A model generated the notes under the pieces. It saw only the letters and a list, made by a program, of their open reading frames with translations. It did no database searches and was not told where the DNA came from. Positions 27,191 through 40,424 of a stretch of 64,000 nt of DNA are shown piece after piece. Source of the stretch: Octopus vulgaris (lineage: Eukaryota); NCBI GenBank assembly GCA_951406725.2, contig OX597826.1, positions 2,790,001-2,854,000 on the forward strand, read 5' to 3'. How positions within the stretch are numbered: position 1 is the first letter of the stretch; every line of letters starts with the position of its first letter. A program made the translations under genes and the position numbers.

Positions 27191-27401
27191 GTAAGATAAA
27201 GGTAAGAGTTGCGAGGTCACGGGTGCCAAGCTGTATCGGCTGCTGCTTTTCCCCTGGATAATACTGGTGGCGTGGAAAGAGGAGGCCGGTATGCATGGGC
27301 GATTGCTGGTCTTCCATAAACAACCTTGCCCGGAATTGTGTCTGGGAGGGTAGCTTTCTAGGTGCAATCCCATGGTCAGTCATGACCGAAGGGGGTCTCA
27401 G
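27188..27401 (+). mobile_element. GC-rich interspersed repeat fragment (probable SINE 3' part) within (TA)n
   Basis: GC-rich 210-bp block embedded in (TA)n, resembling recalled octopus repeat 3' ends. Only one copy in the window. Confidence 0.45.
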
Positions 27402-27450
27402 TGCACATACATATATACATACATATGCATATATATATATATATACACAT

Positions 27451-27519
<69 letters not shown>

Positions 27520-27555
27520 CATACATATATATATATATATATGTGTATGTGCATA

Positions 27556-27760
27556 CGTTGTTGTGGCGTGGTTGATGAAACGAACTGAATATTCTTGAAG
27601 ATAACTAGTGAAATGGAATGAAATTACACTGAATAATCATTAAAATTATCTTACTTTTGTTAACTTTCAAAACCTGTTTCAAATCTCGTGAGAAAATCAG
27701 GTGTAAAACAATGTAAGTAAATATTATCATAATATTATTTGAAAAGTATTGCCACACACT
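27556..27760 (+). repeat. Local duplicate that is the empty-site paralog of the mariner insertion
   Basis: Aligns to 28299-28367 plus 29638-29770, with an uninterrupted GAAATTACACTGAATAATC. Confidence 0.88.
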
Positions 27761-28253
27761 ATTGAAATCTGCATACGTAAAGAAAATTCTTAATTTACGA
27801 TATGATAAGGTTTCACAATTAAATTCTCCCTATTTCTTAAAGTATATCAAAGTACGTATTTAACTATTCACGCATACGTACACACACACACACATTAATA
27901 CTCACCCTTGCCTCCGCACCCCCTCGCCATCACCCGCTTCCCGTTTCCCCTCACCTACCACCACACTACCCTACCTCTCCTACGCACCATTCTCCAAGCC
28001 TTCCGGCGGCTCCAGTCGCGCCCTCCATTTCGCACATCTTCCCTAACCGACCCCTCTCCTCTTTCAAACGAGCCCATAACATGTGGCGCATGGTGCACCT
28101 GTACAGCTAATGTCAATTTGATGGAGGGAATGAGCTTACTGTACGCAACCATTTGATCACTCTAAACAAATCAACTGTGCGGCTGTTCGGCAAGAAATTT
28201 GGTTAACCTTCATATGTCGTTTAACGAAGGGAGATTGCATGATAATGACTTTA

Positions 28254-28285
<32 letters not shown>

Positions 28286-28367
28286 ATATATATATATACG
28301 GGTTGTGGTATGTTTTTGAAACAAACTGAATGTTCTTGAGAATATCAAGTGAAATGGAATGAAATTA

Positions 28368-29637
28368 CGAGGGACGTTCAATAAGTAATGCCCCTGACCC
28401 ACTTCCCATAGACGTAGAGCAACGAAACTTGGCACAATTATTAGTCTTTTTCTACATAGGAACCACCCAAAGTTACGCATTTCTCCCATCGTTTGATGCA
28501 GCTCTGAAGACCTTTTTTGTAGAAGACCCCAGCTTGGTCCTCCAACCACGACGTGACTTCAGAAATCAAGGCTGCATCATCTGGGAAACGCTTTCCTTTC
28601 AAAAACAACTTCATGGCTGGGAAGAGGTGAAAATCAGAGGGTGCAGGACAGGAGATCGTGGATGAGTTCATAGCCGCACACCTGTGCTTCTGATCTGGCG
28701 ACACGCGAGTTGTGGATCGGAGCGTTGTCCTGCAGGAGGAGGATGCCTTTGCTGATCTTGCTCCGCCTCTTGATTTTGATAGCTTCTCTTAATTTTCTCA
28801 AAAGTGAAGCATAATATACTCCTGTACTTGTGACACCCTTTGCCAAGAAATCTGTCATCACTTCTCCGTCCTGGTCCCAGAAGACTGTGAGCATGACCTT
28901 GCCAGCGGAGGGCTGCACCCTTGCCTTCTTTGGAGGAGGTGAGTCACGGTGCTTCCACTGCATTGACTGGGCTTTGGTCTCTGGATCATAGTGATGTACC
29001 CAGGTTTTATCCTGTGTAATCAGTCTTTTGAAAAATTTCGACTCATCTTCTTGACACATCTCCAAATTCACCCTCGAGCACTCGACGCGTTCTTGCTTCT
29101 GGAAAGGCGTGAGCAACCTGGGAATCCATCTGGCAGACACCTTTTGCATATGCAAATGGTCATGAATGATAGTTTCCACAGACCCGGTACTAAACTTGAC
29201 CTCATGGGCTATTTGGCGAATAGTTATGCGTCGATCTTCCAAAATGGCAGCCTCAACTTGACGGACAGATGCCTCATCAATGGCAGAAGGGGCGACCAGA
29301 TCTAGGAGCTGTTTCCACAAAGTTCCGACCATGTTTGAATTCACGATGCCAGCGTTTTACAAGGTCATATGATGGGGCATCATCACCATAAGTTACTTTT
29401 ATTTCATCAAAAGTCTCCCGTGGTGTGCGTCCTTTCAAATACAAAAAACCGCATCACTGCTCGACACTCAACAGGCTCCGTTTCACACTTGACTCAGTTC
29501 AAACACCTGTAAATCAGAAACCACAATTAGTTCAGAGTTGTAATTTGCCACTTAATCTATAAAGATATAGGTACTTGCACATGCTAGATCAAACAACTGC
29601 AAGTGTGTCAGAGGCATTACTTATTGAACGCCCCTCG
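28368..29637 (-). mobile_element. Full-length mariner (irritans subfamily-like, DD34D) with pseudogenised transposase
   Basis: TIRs CGAGGGACGTTCAATAAGTAATGCC and GGCATTACTTATTGAACGCCCCTCG, TA TSD, 1270 bp. Motifs WIPRLL, ITQDKTWVHHYDPE, QDNAPIH and APSDFHLF. Start codon ACG and frameshifts. Confidence 0.96.
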
Positions 29638-29904
29638 TACGTTGAATAATCATTGAAATTATTTACTTTTGTTAATTTTCGAAACCGGTTTCAAATCTCT
29701 TGAGATGATCATGTGTACGAGACAGAAAGGAAATATCATCATAATATTATTTCAAAAGTATTGCCACACGCACACACAGACAAATGTAGGCGCGCCCACA
29801 CAACATACAGACACACACACATGCATTCACACTCACACACACAAAGTAAAATCTCACATACGCGCATATTTAAATCGCTATATATATGCACATATGTATA
29901 TATG

Positions 29905-29948
<44 letters not shown>

Positions 29949-29978
29949 TATAAATGTATATATTTATGTGTATGTGTA

Positions 29979-30009
<31 letters not shown>

Positions 30010-30779
30010 CTGTGTTTGTGTCTGTGTTTGTGTGTGTGTGTACATGCACAGAAATGTTCATTCCATTCTGCACGTGAATCCGAGTGTAGTGCATAGATGT
30101 TCGCAGTACGCATAAATATATGATGCAGTTATTTTGTTCAGAATTATTTTTAAAATGCATTAAAATGCATCCAAATTAATTTGAAGTAAAGGGATTTGTC
30201 TTCATACCTACGTTTGTTATCTATTTCACTTTTGAGGTGCTTATTAACAATTAGTTTATCATCTTGAGTTTATAATCTCATCAGTAATATCTTCAAATTA
30301 TGTGATTTTCAGTTGTCGTTCATCTTCACAATCAAGTTCTTGAGGGCTTTTCCAAAGCCGTCTTCATTTCCTTCCCATTAAGAAGTACGTTCAACAGCTG
30401 TTGTATTTGAAGTATTTCGTTGAGTACCTTGTCCTAGGAATGCACTCCCGTTTCTTCCAACAGTTCGATGTTCCCTGTCAACAATCGGGCAATCAAATTT
30501 GGTGTATTATTTGCCGGTAATTTTGTATTGAAATGCACAATTCCAAGAAATCTCCGTCACTGTAATAAAACACCACACAATGCACTTTTTCAATCCTTAT
30601 CTCACAGCTCACAACTGTGTATATTACGTAATACGGCCACGTCAACACTGATGTTTATTACTTCAAAAAAATTAAAGAAATTCTGGCATCTACTACGTCT
30701 TATTTGCATTACATATCTGACGTGGTACACTCGTAATATATACTGTAGAAGCAGAAACAGTATTTATGGATTCTGCGTA

Positions 30780-30866
<87 letters not shown>

Positions 30867-31095
30867 TTATATATCTATTTATATATATGTATTTCTATAT
30901 ATGTTTATGTTTGCATGTATATAGTCCAAATATAAAGAAAATATATACAAACATATATACAAACACTCACATACACACACGTATATACATATATATGTAT
31001 AATATATATACATCCATCTCAACATACCGGAACTGTTGTTCTTAGACACGTATTTTTTCTCTTCATCTCTTAACTATTCCCATCTATCAAAATCT

Positions 31096-31152
<57 letters not shown>

Positions 31153-31384
31153 CAAGTTGTTAAGATTGAGAAAAGATCCTTTTCAGAAACATGAAATGTA
31201 TTTGATTGTCAAGAATATTATTGCGGTTTTTAACCTTTAAATGCCCATATCTCGCCTCAAACAAAAGTTTGTTAATGAAAATAAACAGCGTTTGATCAAC
31301 ACACTTTTGCCAACACGAAACAAGTTTATTTATACCAGTAGCCTAAAAATCCTGCGTTCTGGTGGCGATGAAGTCGTTGAAAAG

Positions 31385-32570
31385 ATGTGGAAGTCCACTG
31401 TGGACTCTATATCCACTAAGGAGATGGGCCTTACAGAGAGTAATTTCAAGGCGACGTTCAATAATCACACCTTGAGCTTCAGGAACTAGGATAAAAGGAA
31501 AACGACCAAATTGGCTAATCATATATGGTCCTTAAAAGATAAAGGTGTCAGTTACAACATCCATTGGGAGATCTTACCCAAGTGTAAGCCCTACACCAAC
31601 CGCAGGGGAAAGTGCGGTCTTTTGTGATATAGAAAGATGGCTCATCTGAAAAAGCAGCTTAGACCCCGCTACATGTCTGAATTCGAGAACTGAACTTTTC
31701 GGATCATGTCCATATGAGGCTAAATATTTGTTACGTTTTTGGTCCCCCCGAGATTACAGAGAGGACTTACTTTCTATATTGTGTCTACGTACAAGCTTTT
31801 TATCTCTATATATAATTCTTAATTATATTTCTTATATATTTTTATGCATTTTCTTACATATTTATAGATATATTGTTTTATAGTTTTATTGCACATATAT
31901 TTTTTACAGATATTTTTCTGTATTCTACCTTCCACCCTGCATTTTTCTTTCGCGTATATAGACGTGTATATGGAATTTTTTGTGCGCGCGTGTGGACGTG
32001 TGCATGTGTACGGGTATGTGCGTATATATACGTATGTGTGCGTGTGCATGCGAGTATGTGCGTATATAGACGTGTTTTTCTCCTATTGCATATTTTTTTC
32101 CACTTTTTTTCCACTTTTTTGTGTGCATATGCGTATCTAGACGTGTGTAGGAATCATTTCTGTGCTCGTGTGTGGCGAGCGTGTATGCGGGTATGTAAAT
32201 ATTTTTTGGCGAATGTGCGGGTGAGCATATGTGTGTGTTTCAAGTGAGGGTGGATGAGTATATACATATAGGCGCATGTACGTGTGTGTACGGGCGCGCA
32301 TGTGTATGTACGGACATGCGCGCTTACGCGATTACCATGAAGGTTTTTACTTCTTTCCTCTTACTTAGCGGTCATTCTAATAGCTCTTTTTCTCTTAATA
32401 ATGGTCAATTACACAGTAATTTCCCTTTGTTTAACGGTCATTTTCATAGCATATTTTTTTTCGACGGCTCGATAACTGAAGAGATGCCGGCGTGGGTTTC
32501 CGCCCCGACATCCAGAACTTCGAATTTTATCATGGCTACCGAATAATTGTCACATGTTATGTTTACAGAT
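31385..32570 (+). mobile_element. 5'-truncated PLE: GIY-YIG endonuclease remnant, long TG-rich 3' UTR and HHR (Naiad-like)
   Basis: GLTESNFKATFNNHTLSFRN*DKRKTTKLANHIWSLKDKGVSYNIHWEILPKCKPY...KCGL/CDIE...LNSRTELFGSCPY. Confidence 0.88.
32471..32531 (+). ncRNA. Degenerate hammerhead motif with long stem II
   Basis: GATAA-CTGAAGA-GATGCCGG..CCGACATC-CA-GAAC-TTCGAA-TT-TTATC. Confidence 0.6.
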
Positions 32571-33122
32571 ATATATAAATTTATAACATAGCAACGATGC
32601 TTTCAATCCCAACTTTTCATCCAAAATTGCTATAAGTGCGAAAATATTTCCCTTCAAATTAAAATTTTTACGTACATATAGTACTTAGATATTGCAAACT
32701 TCGATGTAGAATTTATAGTTTAGAGAATTATGTACATTTTTCCTAATTTGCAATTTTATGAACGCCTTGTCATGTGTTTGTGTTCCCGTAATGTTTATAT
32801 CCTATCAAATATGCGGTCATAATATTATTATCTGTTTGGAGGCAGTTATATTATTGTATATGTTTGGAGATGTTTATATTACTACATATGTTTGAAGGCG
32901 GTTATATATTAATATGGCCGCCTTCTTATAGTTTAGGAATTATCTTTGCTAGTGTGCGTGATGGCGGACACTTATTTAAGCGTCTTTAAACATCTTCTCA
33001 TCTGGCTTCCCTCATGACACGTGTTTTCAGATGATAAAACATATGATAGTCCTTTTGGCGGAGAACAAGACGATATTGATACGGTCGTTGATGATGATGG
33101 TGATGATGATGACGATGCATAC

Positions 33123-33169
<47 letters not shown>

Positions 33170-34149
33170 CGGGTAATGATAATAAAATGATGATGAAGAT
33201 AAGGTGATTATGATAGTGATGATGATAACAGTGTTCACAATTTAAATATCATTATATTTCTGTCATTGACCAAGTGTTGAAATTGTTCATTCCGCAATGT
33301 CCAAAAACGCACGCGCGTGTGCATCAATGATAGATCTTTGTGTGTGTGTCTGTGTGCGTGCATGTGTGTTTGTGCTTGCGCGTATAATTCATGGGATTGC
33401 GTGTTCTGTCAACGTGTGTACGTGTGTCGGTGTGAGTGTGTGCGTATGCGTGTGTGTATGTGAGTGTGCGCGTGTGTATGTTTGTATGTGTATGTGTATG
33501 TGTGTGGGGGTTGTGCGCGTATGTGTCTGAGCATGTGGGTATGCATGTGAGTGTGTGCGTGCGTGTACAGTTTATTCGGATTGCGTGTCGTGTCATCGTG
33601 TGTGTGTCTGTGAGCAAGTGAGTGTGTGTGTTTCTGTGAGTGCTTGTGTTTGTGTGAATGTGTGTGTGTGCATGTGTGTGTGAGAGTGCGTGTACATGTG
33701 TGTGTTTGTGTATGTGTGTGTGTGAATATGGGATGATCTGTAAGTACGAAGTTGAACGTTATTGCTAATTCGTACGTCTCGTTGACCAAGATGGAGAGAA
33801 TGGGGGGAAATGATAACGAAAAACACTAACAACAATTACTGCTGTACAATGGACAGTTAGATGAAAACATAAAATGTTAATGTTCGCCAGCAGTGTATGC
33901 GAGTGAGGAGCGTGATGTGAAAGAATCAGAGGAATGTAAGAGGGAATTCTGAGTTTATAAGGAAGTTAGAAGGGGTAAGAGCAAGAAAGAGTAAGACGGA
34001 TGAGTTACAGCGGAATGTACAGCTATATGTGCGAAAGAAGATTGTAAAAATAATGTTGGGAATTTGAAGAACGAACAGTTTTAAGCAACAGGTCCAGATA
34101 AAGTTTATAGGAACGTGGTAATTCCATATAAGTGTGTATGTGTGTGCGT

Positions 34150-34219
<70 letters not shown>

Positions 34220-34242
34220 TTACACACATATATGATATAAAT

Positions 34243-34339
34243 AATGATTTTCTCTTCTGGATTTTCTCTCTTGTTCTTTTCTGTGTTCCTTTTAGTGGAA
34301 GACCATAGGCTCGAAACGTTAAAGACATTTTCCCTTCCC

Positions 34340-34341
<2 letters not shown>
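34243..34341 (+). mobile_element. H1-family fragment with degenerate HHR-like motif at 34289-34324
   Basis: CTTT-TAGTGGA-A-GACC atag GCTC-GAA-ACGT-T-AAAG, embedded in TA/TG microsatellite. Confidence 0.65.
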
Positions 34342-34404
<63 letters not shown>

Positions 34405-35020
34405 TTATATTTATATTTATAATTACATATATACCGTACACATGTATATGTATACATTTATGTGCGTGAGTGTTATTATTTTTTTGTGTTACTATACGTG
34501 TGTGTATATATATTATATAAATATGTTTACGTATATATGCATATATATACACACATAAATATGTATATTGTATATATATTTAAACATATATATGCATATA
34601 TGCATGTATATATATATATATATATGTATATACATATATACATGAACACATATACACACACATACATGCATACATACATATATATATGTGTAAATACATA
34701 TATATACGTATATATGTATCGCTGTGACATATGCCATAACAGAGATAGATATAGACACAGACCGAGGATATTAAGTGAAAAGCGATTGAGACAGTATAAA
34801 GTTAATAGATAAATTGGAAGACGAAAGCATTACAAAAACAAGACACGAAATAATAGATTTGGACAGAGTGCTCAAGGGCTAACAACGATGATGATGATAT
34901 TGATGATGACGACGACGTTGCATTTAGGAACAAGAAACACAACGCTGATGATGATGATGATGACGAGGATGGTGGTGGAGATCAGTTTGATGACAACCAT
35001 TACGTTGATGATGTTTGTAA

Positions 35021-35278
35021 ACATGATGGAGATTTACAGGGACGGTGACAACGACGAAAGCAGCGATGATGATGCTGAAAACAACGACGACGAACATGGT
35101 AATGTCAATAAGTACGATGAAAAATATAAAGAAGTTTGTAGAGAAACAACATGATGGAGATTTACAGGGACGATGACAACGACGAAAGCAGCGATGATGA
35201 TGCTGAAAACAACGACGACGAACATGGTAATGTCAATAAGTACGATGAAAAATATAAAGAAGTTTGTAGAGAAACAAC
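35021..35278 (+). repeat. 128-bp tandem duplication
   Basis: ACATGATGGAGATTTACAGGGACG... at 35021 and 35149, with one substitution seen. Confidence 0.95.
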
Positions 35279-35634
35279 GACGATCATGATGGCTATGAAG
35301 ATACTGTTTCAAATGATGATGATGATAATGATGATGGTATTGATGATGACGATGAAGACATCGGTGATGAGGATGTCAAGACGACGACATAAATACGGAT
35401 TTTAACAATCTTTCCAGCTGTTGGTTTTTAGATTGAATCTATATAATAAGTAAGGTTATCAAGACGTCAGGTTGTTATGAACTTATAAAAAGATATTCTC
35501 TCCGCCATTTCCAAACATTCAGTTGCCACATTTTACCATATCTGCATACATACTTGTATACATACATACTTACATACATACATGCATACATACATACATA
35601 TATGTATAAACATATACACACATGTACATACATG

Positions 35635-35665
<31 letters not shown>

Positions 35666-35722
35666 ATATATACATATACACACACATATATGTATACATA
35701 CACATAATTATACATATACGTA

Positions 35723-35761
<39 letters not shown>

Positions 35762-35781
35762 TTATGTATACACACTCTAAA

Positions 35782-35843
<62 letters not shown>

Positions 35844-35882
35844 GTGTATTTACATACATGCACACACGCGTATACATGTGTG

Positions 35883-35917
<35 letters not shown>

Positions 35918-35982
35918 GTGTGTGTGTATGTGTGTGCATGTATGTGTTTCTCTCTTTTAGAAAAGACAGAATCATAAATACA

Positions 35983-36063
<81 letters not shown>

Positions 36064-36611
36064 CCCTTTCATATTTCACCCCTTTTCTTGCTTTTTCTCT
36101 CTTTCATTTATCACTCACCACCCTTCTCCCGTTCTCTCCTCTCTTCGCTGTTATTCTTCATATTTCATCATATTTCATGTTTTAATATCCATTCACAAAA
36201 CAATTGCAGCTTGCCGGAGATCGATTAGGATGATAGTTGCGCTTTCGGTGATAGCAGCAGCAGCAGCAGCAGCAGTAGCAATAACAGTAGCAGTAGTAGT
36301 AGTAGTAGTAGTCACAATTCTGGTGTGGCTGTTGGCATTGACGGCGGAATGGAAGAGCTGATAGCTCTGTTCTGTAGCAGAATTATCTTAATGTCCTTTC
36401 TACGCAATCTTCCATTTTGTTCATACATTGTACAGCATCTAATCAACTTATAGACAGAACTATTAACCTACATTTTTTACTACGCGGGTATATACATACA
36501 TATACATACATACATACATATATATACATACCTACATAAATATATATACGCATATATATTTATATATGCATATATACACACATGTGTAGGTGTATATGTG
36601 TATGTATAGTG

Positions 36612-36649
<38 letters not shown>

Positions 36650-36937
36650 TATCTGTATATACATATAAATGTATGCACATATACGTATATATATATATAT
36701 ATATATGTCTACATATACATATATATATGTGTGTGTATGTATATATATATATATATAATAATAAATATTAGGGAATAAATCCAAATTTACAGGGAAAAAT
36801 CAGATTTAGGATTGAATCCAATTTTATAGTAAAATATTATACAATATTAATTAGAGACAAAACCACTATTTTGTAAATCAAACAAGGAAAGACTTAATCA
36901 ATACATAAAAAAATTTTAATATAAAGTAAATAAATCG

Positions 36938-36981
36938 CCACTACAATTGTTTCCTGTCTTCAAATGACATTCATCAGGTGG
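36938..36981 (-). ncRNA. Minimal type I hammerhead ribozyme (mirror copy)
   Basis: Exact reverse complement of 37000-37043. Confidence 0.82.
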
Positions 36982-36999
36982 ATTTCATATCTTCTAAAT

Positions 37000-37043
37000 C
37001 CACCTGATGAATGTCATTTGAAGACAGGAAACAATTGTAGTGG
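37000..37043 (+). ncRNA. Minimal type I hammerhead ribozyme (GUA site, cleavage predicted after 37039)
   Basis: CCAC-CTGATGA-A-TGTC atttgaa GACA-G-GAAA-C AATT G-TA-GTGG, with palindromic ACAATTGT stem III. Confidence 0.82.
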
Positions 37044-37130
37044 CGATTTATTTACTTTATATTAAAATTTTTTTATGTATTGATTAAGTCTTTCCTTGTT
37101 TGATTTACAAAATAGTGGTTTTGTCTCTAA

Positions 37131-37188
<58 letters not shown>

Positions 37189-37278
37189 GGTTTTGGCATC
37201 CAGAAGATGTAAAGGCAGCTAACGTTATGTAAGTACTACGGAAGGACTGCTGCTAGACTCACGGTTTGATAATAGTAA

Positions 37279-37385
37279 CTCTCTCATATCGTCTCTGATT
37301 TTGGGATACCTTTTATATCCCTAAAACAACTGTAAGACTACTTTTCTCTTTATAGATATCCTAGAAACTTCACACTGCTTTGGCT
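37279..37385 (+). mobile_element. H2-family fragment with decayed HHR at 37291-37338
   Basis: GTCT-CTGATTT-T-GGGATA..TATCCC-T-AAAA-C AACT G-TA-AGAC. Flanks are homologous to 21815-21910. Confidence 0.6.
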
Positions 37386-37433
37386 TTCTTCTCTCATTTG
37401 ATTTAACTCACCTACACACAAACATGGACATAA

Positions 37434-37525
<92 letters not shown>

Positions 37526-37526
37526 A

Positions 37527-37607
<81 letters not shown>

Positions 37608-37975
37608 GTCGAATTTGTGTGAAGGAATATAAAATATTATATCATTCTGGTTTTCAGTTTTTTTTTACTTTAGTACTGTAACATTACAAAAAATATATTA
37701 TAATGCACATTAAGTTAAATTAGTGCGGTCATACATAGTGTAATAATCAAATTTTAAATGTGTTTAACAGTCAGTTCAGCTCTTGACAACTTTAATACCG
37801 CTTAGAACGCTCTCAGAAGCCGAATTTTTAGAATAGTTTTTGACTAATCAGTATGCAGCTTCAACATCATGCTTTGCCAGTCGTACCGATATTCTGTAAC
37901 TTGTTTATATTTCTATGTTAGAGATATTTTTAAATCCACTTCGTTAATTGGTGTTATATTCATGTCGTTAGTTCC

Positions 37976-38700
37976 GTTCAGAACAGTTTTGAAAAATGTA
38001 ATAAAACATTTTTTCTTTTATCTTTCTTCCAAACTTACTTGTATCATGTAGTTTGTGGAAAGGAAAAATTAGAAACAGTTACTGACCACATGCCTCTATA
38101 TATTCACACAATGGAATTTGGCAAACATTGGTGTTCCGGATTTATTGTCTCTGGACTCGAGAGCGTTCCAATAATGCATTCTCTGTCTCACCTATACATA
38201 ATTCCTCACAATTCGGTCTTTTAAAGCAGTTGATCCAATTTCTGCTTTTACAGTTCATATCTGCATTTGCGGGAATCTGTCCAGTTTTTGTTGTAATGGA
38301 TCTACCAGTATGTATGTATTAACACGTTATCATCTGTTATCATTGCACTTCGCTTCTGTGAATGTCTTATCCTGTCTGTTCATGTTGTCGAATTTTGCCT
38401 TTGTTAGCAGTTTCTTTAGGTTATGTGGTAGCCTTTTGTATAAGATAAGTGTTTGATTAGTTATTATATTTTATAATTCTCCACTTTGTTTTATGATTGG
38501 CAAATTTGTTTCGATGATGTTAAAAATATTTTGGTGATTTGTGTTTTTAGAAATAGTGTTGTTATCTTTGATGAGTCTGTCTCTTTCGTGTTGCTCTAAG
38601 TTGTTCTATAGGCCTCTCTTTTGCTCGTTGAATTCTATTTTCTCTAATTGAGGAGGGCAATTTTGCTTGAGAAGAAATCATTTGAGCTCTATAAGTCGTG
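37976..38700 (-). pseudogene. Decayed PLE ORF: RT thumb, zinc-finger linker and GIY-YIG (Neptune-like)
   Basis: RLIELK*FLLKQN.P, KRLPHNLKKLLTKAKF, KCNDNR*.TC, MNCKSRNWINCFKRPNCEELCIGETENALLERSRVQRQ and IFPFHKL...KIKEKCFITFFKTVLN. Confidence 0.85.
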
Positions 38701-38704
38701 TGTT

Positions 38705-38800
38705 TCTGGTATTTTTATCGATCCTGAAAGAATAAAAGGCAAAGTCTACCTCGGCAAACGTTTGTCCAGTGTACTATGTACTCTCCCGGATCACAGCCTA
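38705..38800 (-). mobile_element. SINE family A fragment
   Basis: CTGGTATTTTTATCGATCCTGAAAGAATAAAAGGCAAAGTCTACCTCGGC. Confidence 0.65.
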
Positions 38801-39705
38801 TATAAAATTACAATGTATTACAAATAAGAAGATGCTTTTCGTAACTACTATAATGTTGCGAACAAATCCCTAGATTTTCAGCGTGATCGTTCGTAAACTT
38901 ATAGCAACGTAGTATTAGCAAGTCCTATTTAAACAAGCATCTCAGTGAAGGAATATGATGCCAGAGCATTAAGCGTTATATGCTACTCAACAATTTGCTG
39001 AGAGTCGAAAGTATTTTCATCTTTTCAGGGTTTTAGTTAAAAAGCAATTTATAAGAAAGACATACTTGATATTCCATTGACGCATTTGAAATCATGAAGG
39101 CGGTTGTGTTTATATCAGATTCGCTACATTTATGTTTTTCCTTATTCTTCATTGGCTGGTTTTAGACAATATACTTCACAGCTAAAAATAACCCATCTGT
39201 GAGGGATGTGTAACGGCTATAATATTGACTGTTCGAAACCCATACTTTGGACCGTACGGGAGAATTCACAAATACATATATATGCTTACATATATAAATA
39301 CAAGTGGTGAGTATTCATGCAAATGTACACATACATTTCCTAATAGAAACCTATACATACATACATACAGTATATGTGTGTGCATTAAAATAAGCTACAG
39401 AAATGGAAGCGCAAAAAATATTGGCCTTAATATATTTCAACTAAGCGAAAAAAATCGCACATATGTAACAATGGCATTCACCAAAATATACCAAGCTACT
39501 ATAAAGCGAATGAAAAGGAACATTCAGTTGACCAGGAAGACCAAAAATAATAAATAGGTGAAGTTTATAGATAATTCTACACAGACTATATTCCTTGCAT
39601 ACAATGGAACTAAATATATACATACATACATACATACATACATATACATATATAGATAGATAGATTGATATGTACATATACCTATATACATATACATATA
39701 CATGT

Positions 39706-39780
<75 letters not shown>

Positions 39781-40090
39781 CATACATACATATATATATA
39801 CATGCATACTTGCTAATAGAGAGAAGAAAGAGAGGCAGGCGGGGTGAAACGGTATGAGAAAAATGGTATCAGCTATCAATTGAGCTTATTTTTATGCATT
39901 TAACAAGTAGGTCATGCGTACACATGCTCCACATATACAGGCACACACAGACACTCATACACCCACCCATATAAGATAATATGTTACATATATAATAAAT
40001 AACGGCTCTTCTTAACGATATATGTATATATATATCGTCGCACATATATATGTATATATATATAAATGTACATGTATATGTGTTTATATA

Positions 40091-40146
<56 letters not shown>

Positions 40147-40391
40147 ATCTATAAATGAATGTGTTGATAATATTGATGCAGAGGCCATTTACCGGTATTT
40201 TAAAGCAATCTATAGGCTCCTGTGACGACATAATATAGGTAAACGGGAATAATATACCAACCATTGACGAGCATTTTTGCTTCATTGGCTTTCCGATGTA
40301 CAATAGACATGCAAAACAGTTTTCAATCTCGCCTTCAATAGAAGCTGTTTGCTTATACATAAATATAGGCATACATACATACATACATATT

Positions 40392-40424
<33 letters not shown>

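Larger units (their letters stand above)
36755..37138. mobile_element. Palindromic PLE-type insertion (family H4): 143-bp inverted arms, 10-bp spacer, inside (TA)n
   Basis: Arms 36843-36985 and 36996-37138 appear identical by eye. The left copy extends to about 36755. Confidence 0.92.

Noticed and set aside
28441-29344. Active or domesticated (SETMAR-like) transposase
   Set aside because: It has frameshifts, an ACG start and a damaged YSPDL motif, with TIRs still in place, so it is a dead transposon copy.
37778-37825. HHR in the 3' UTR of the Neptune-like relic
   Set aside because: Only CTGAGA and GTC-AAG traces remain. The core is too degenerate to call.
38320-38360. TGA at a zinc-finger Cys position read as selenocysteine
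   Set aside because: The relic has many random stops and frameshifts, and TGT to TGA needs only one change. The Naiad-like fragments show no Cys-position TGA.
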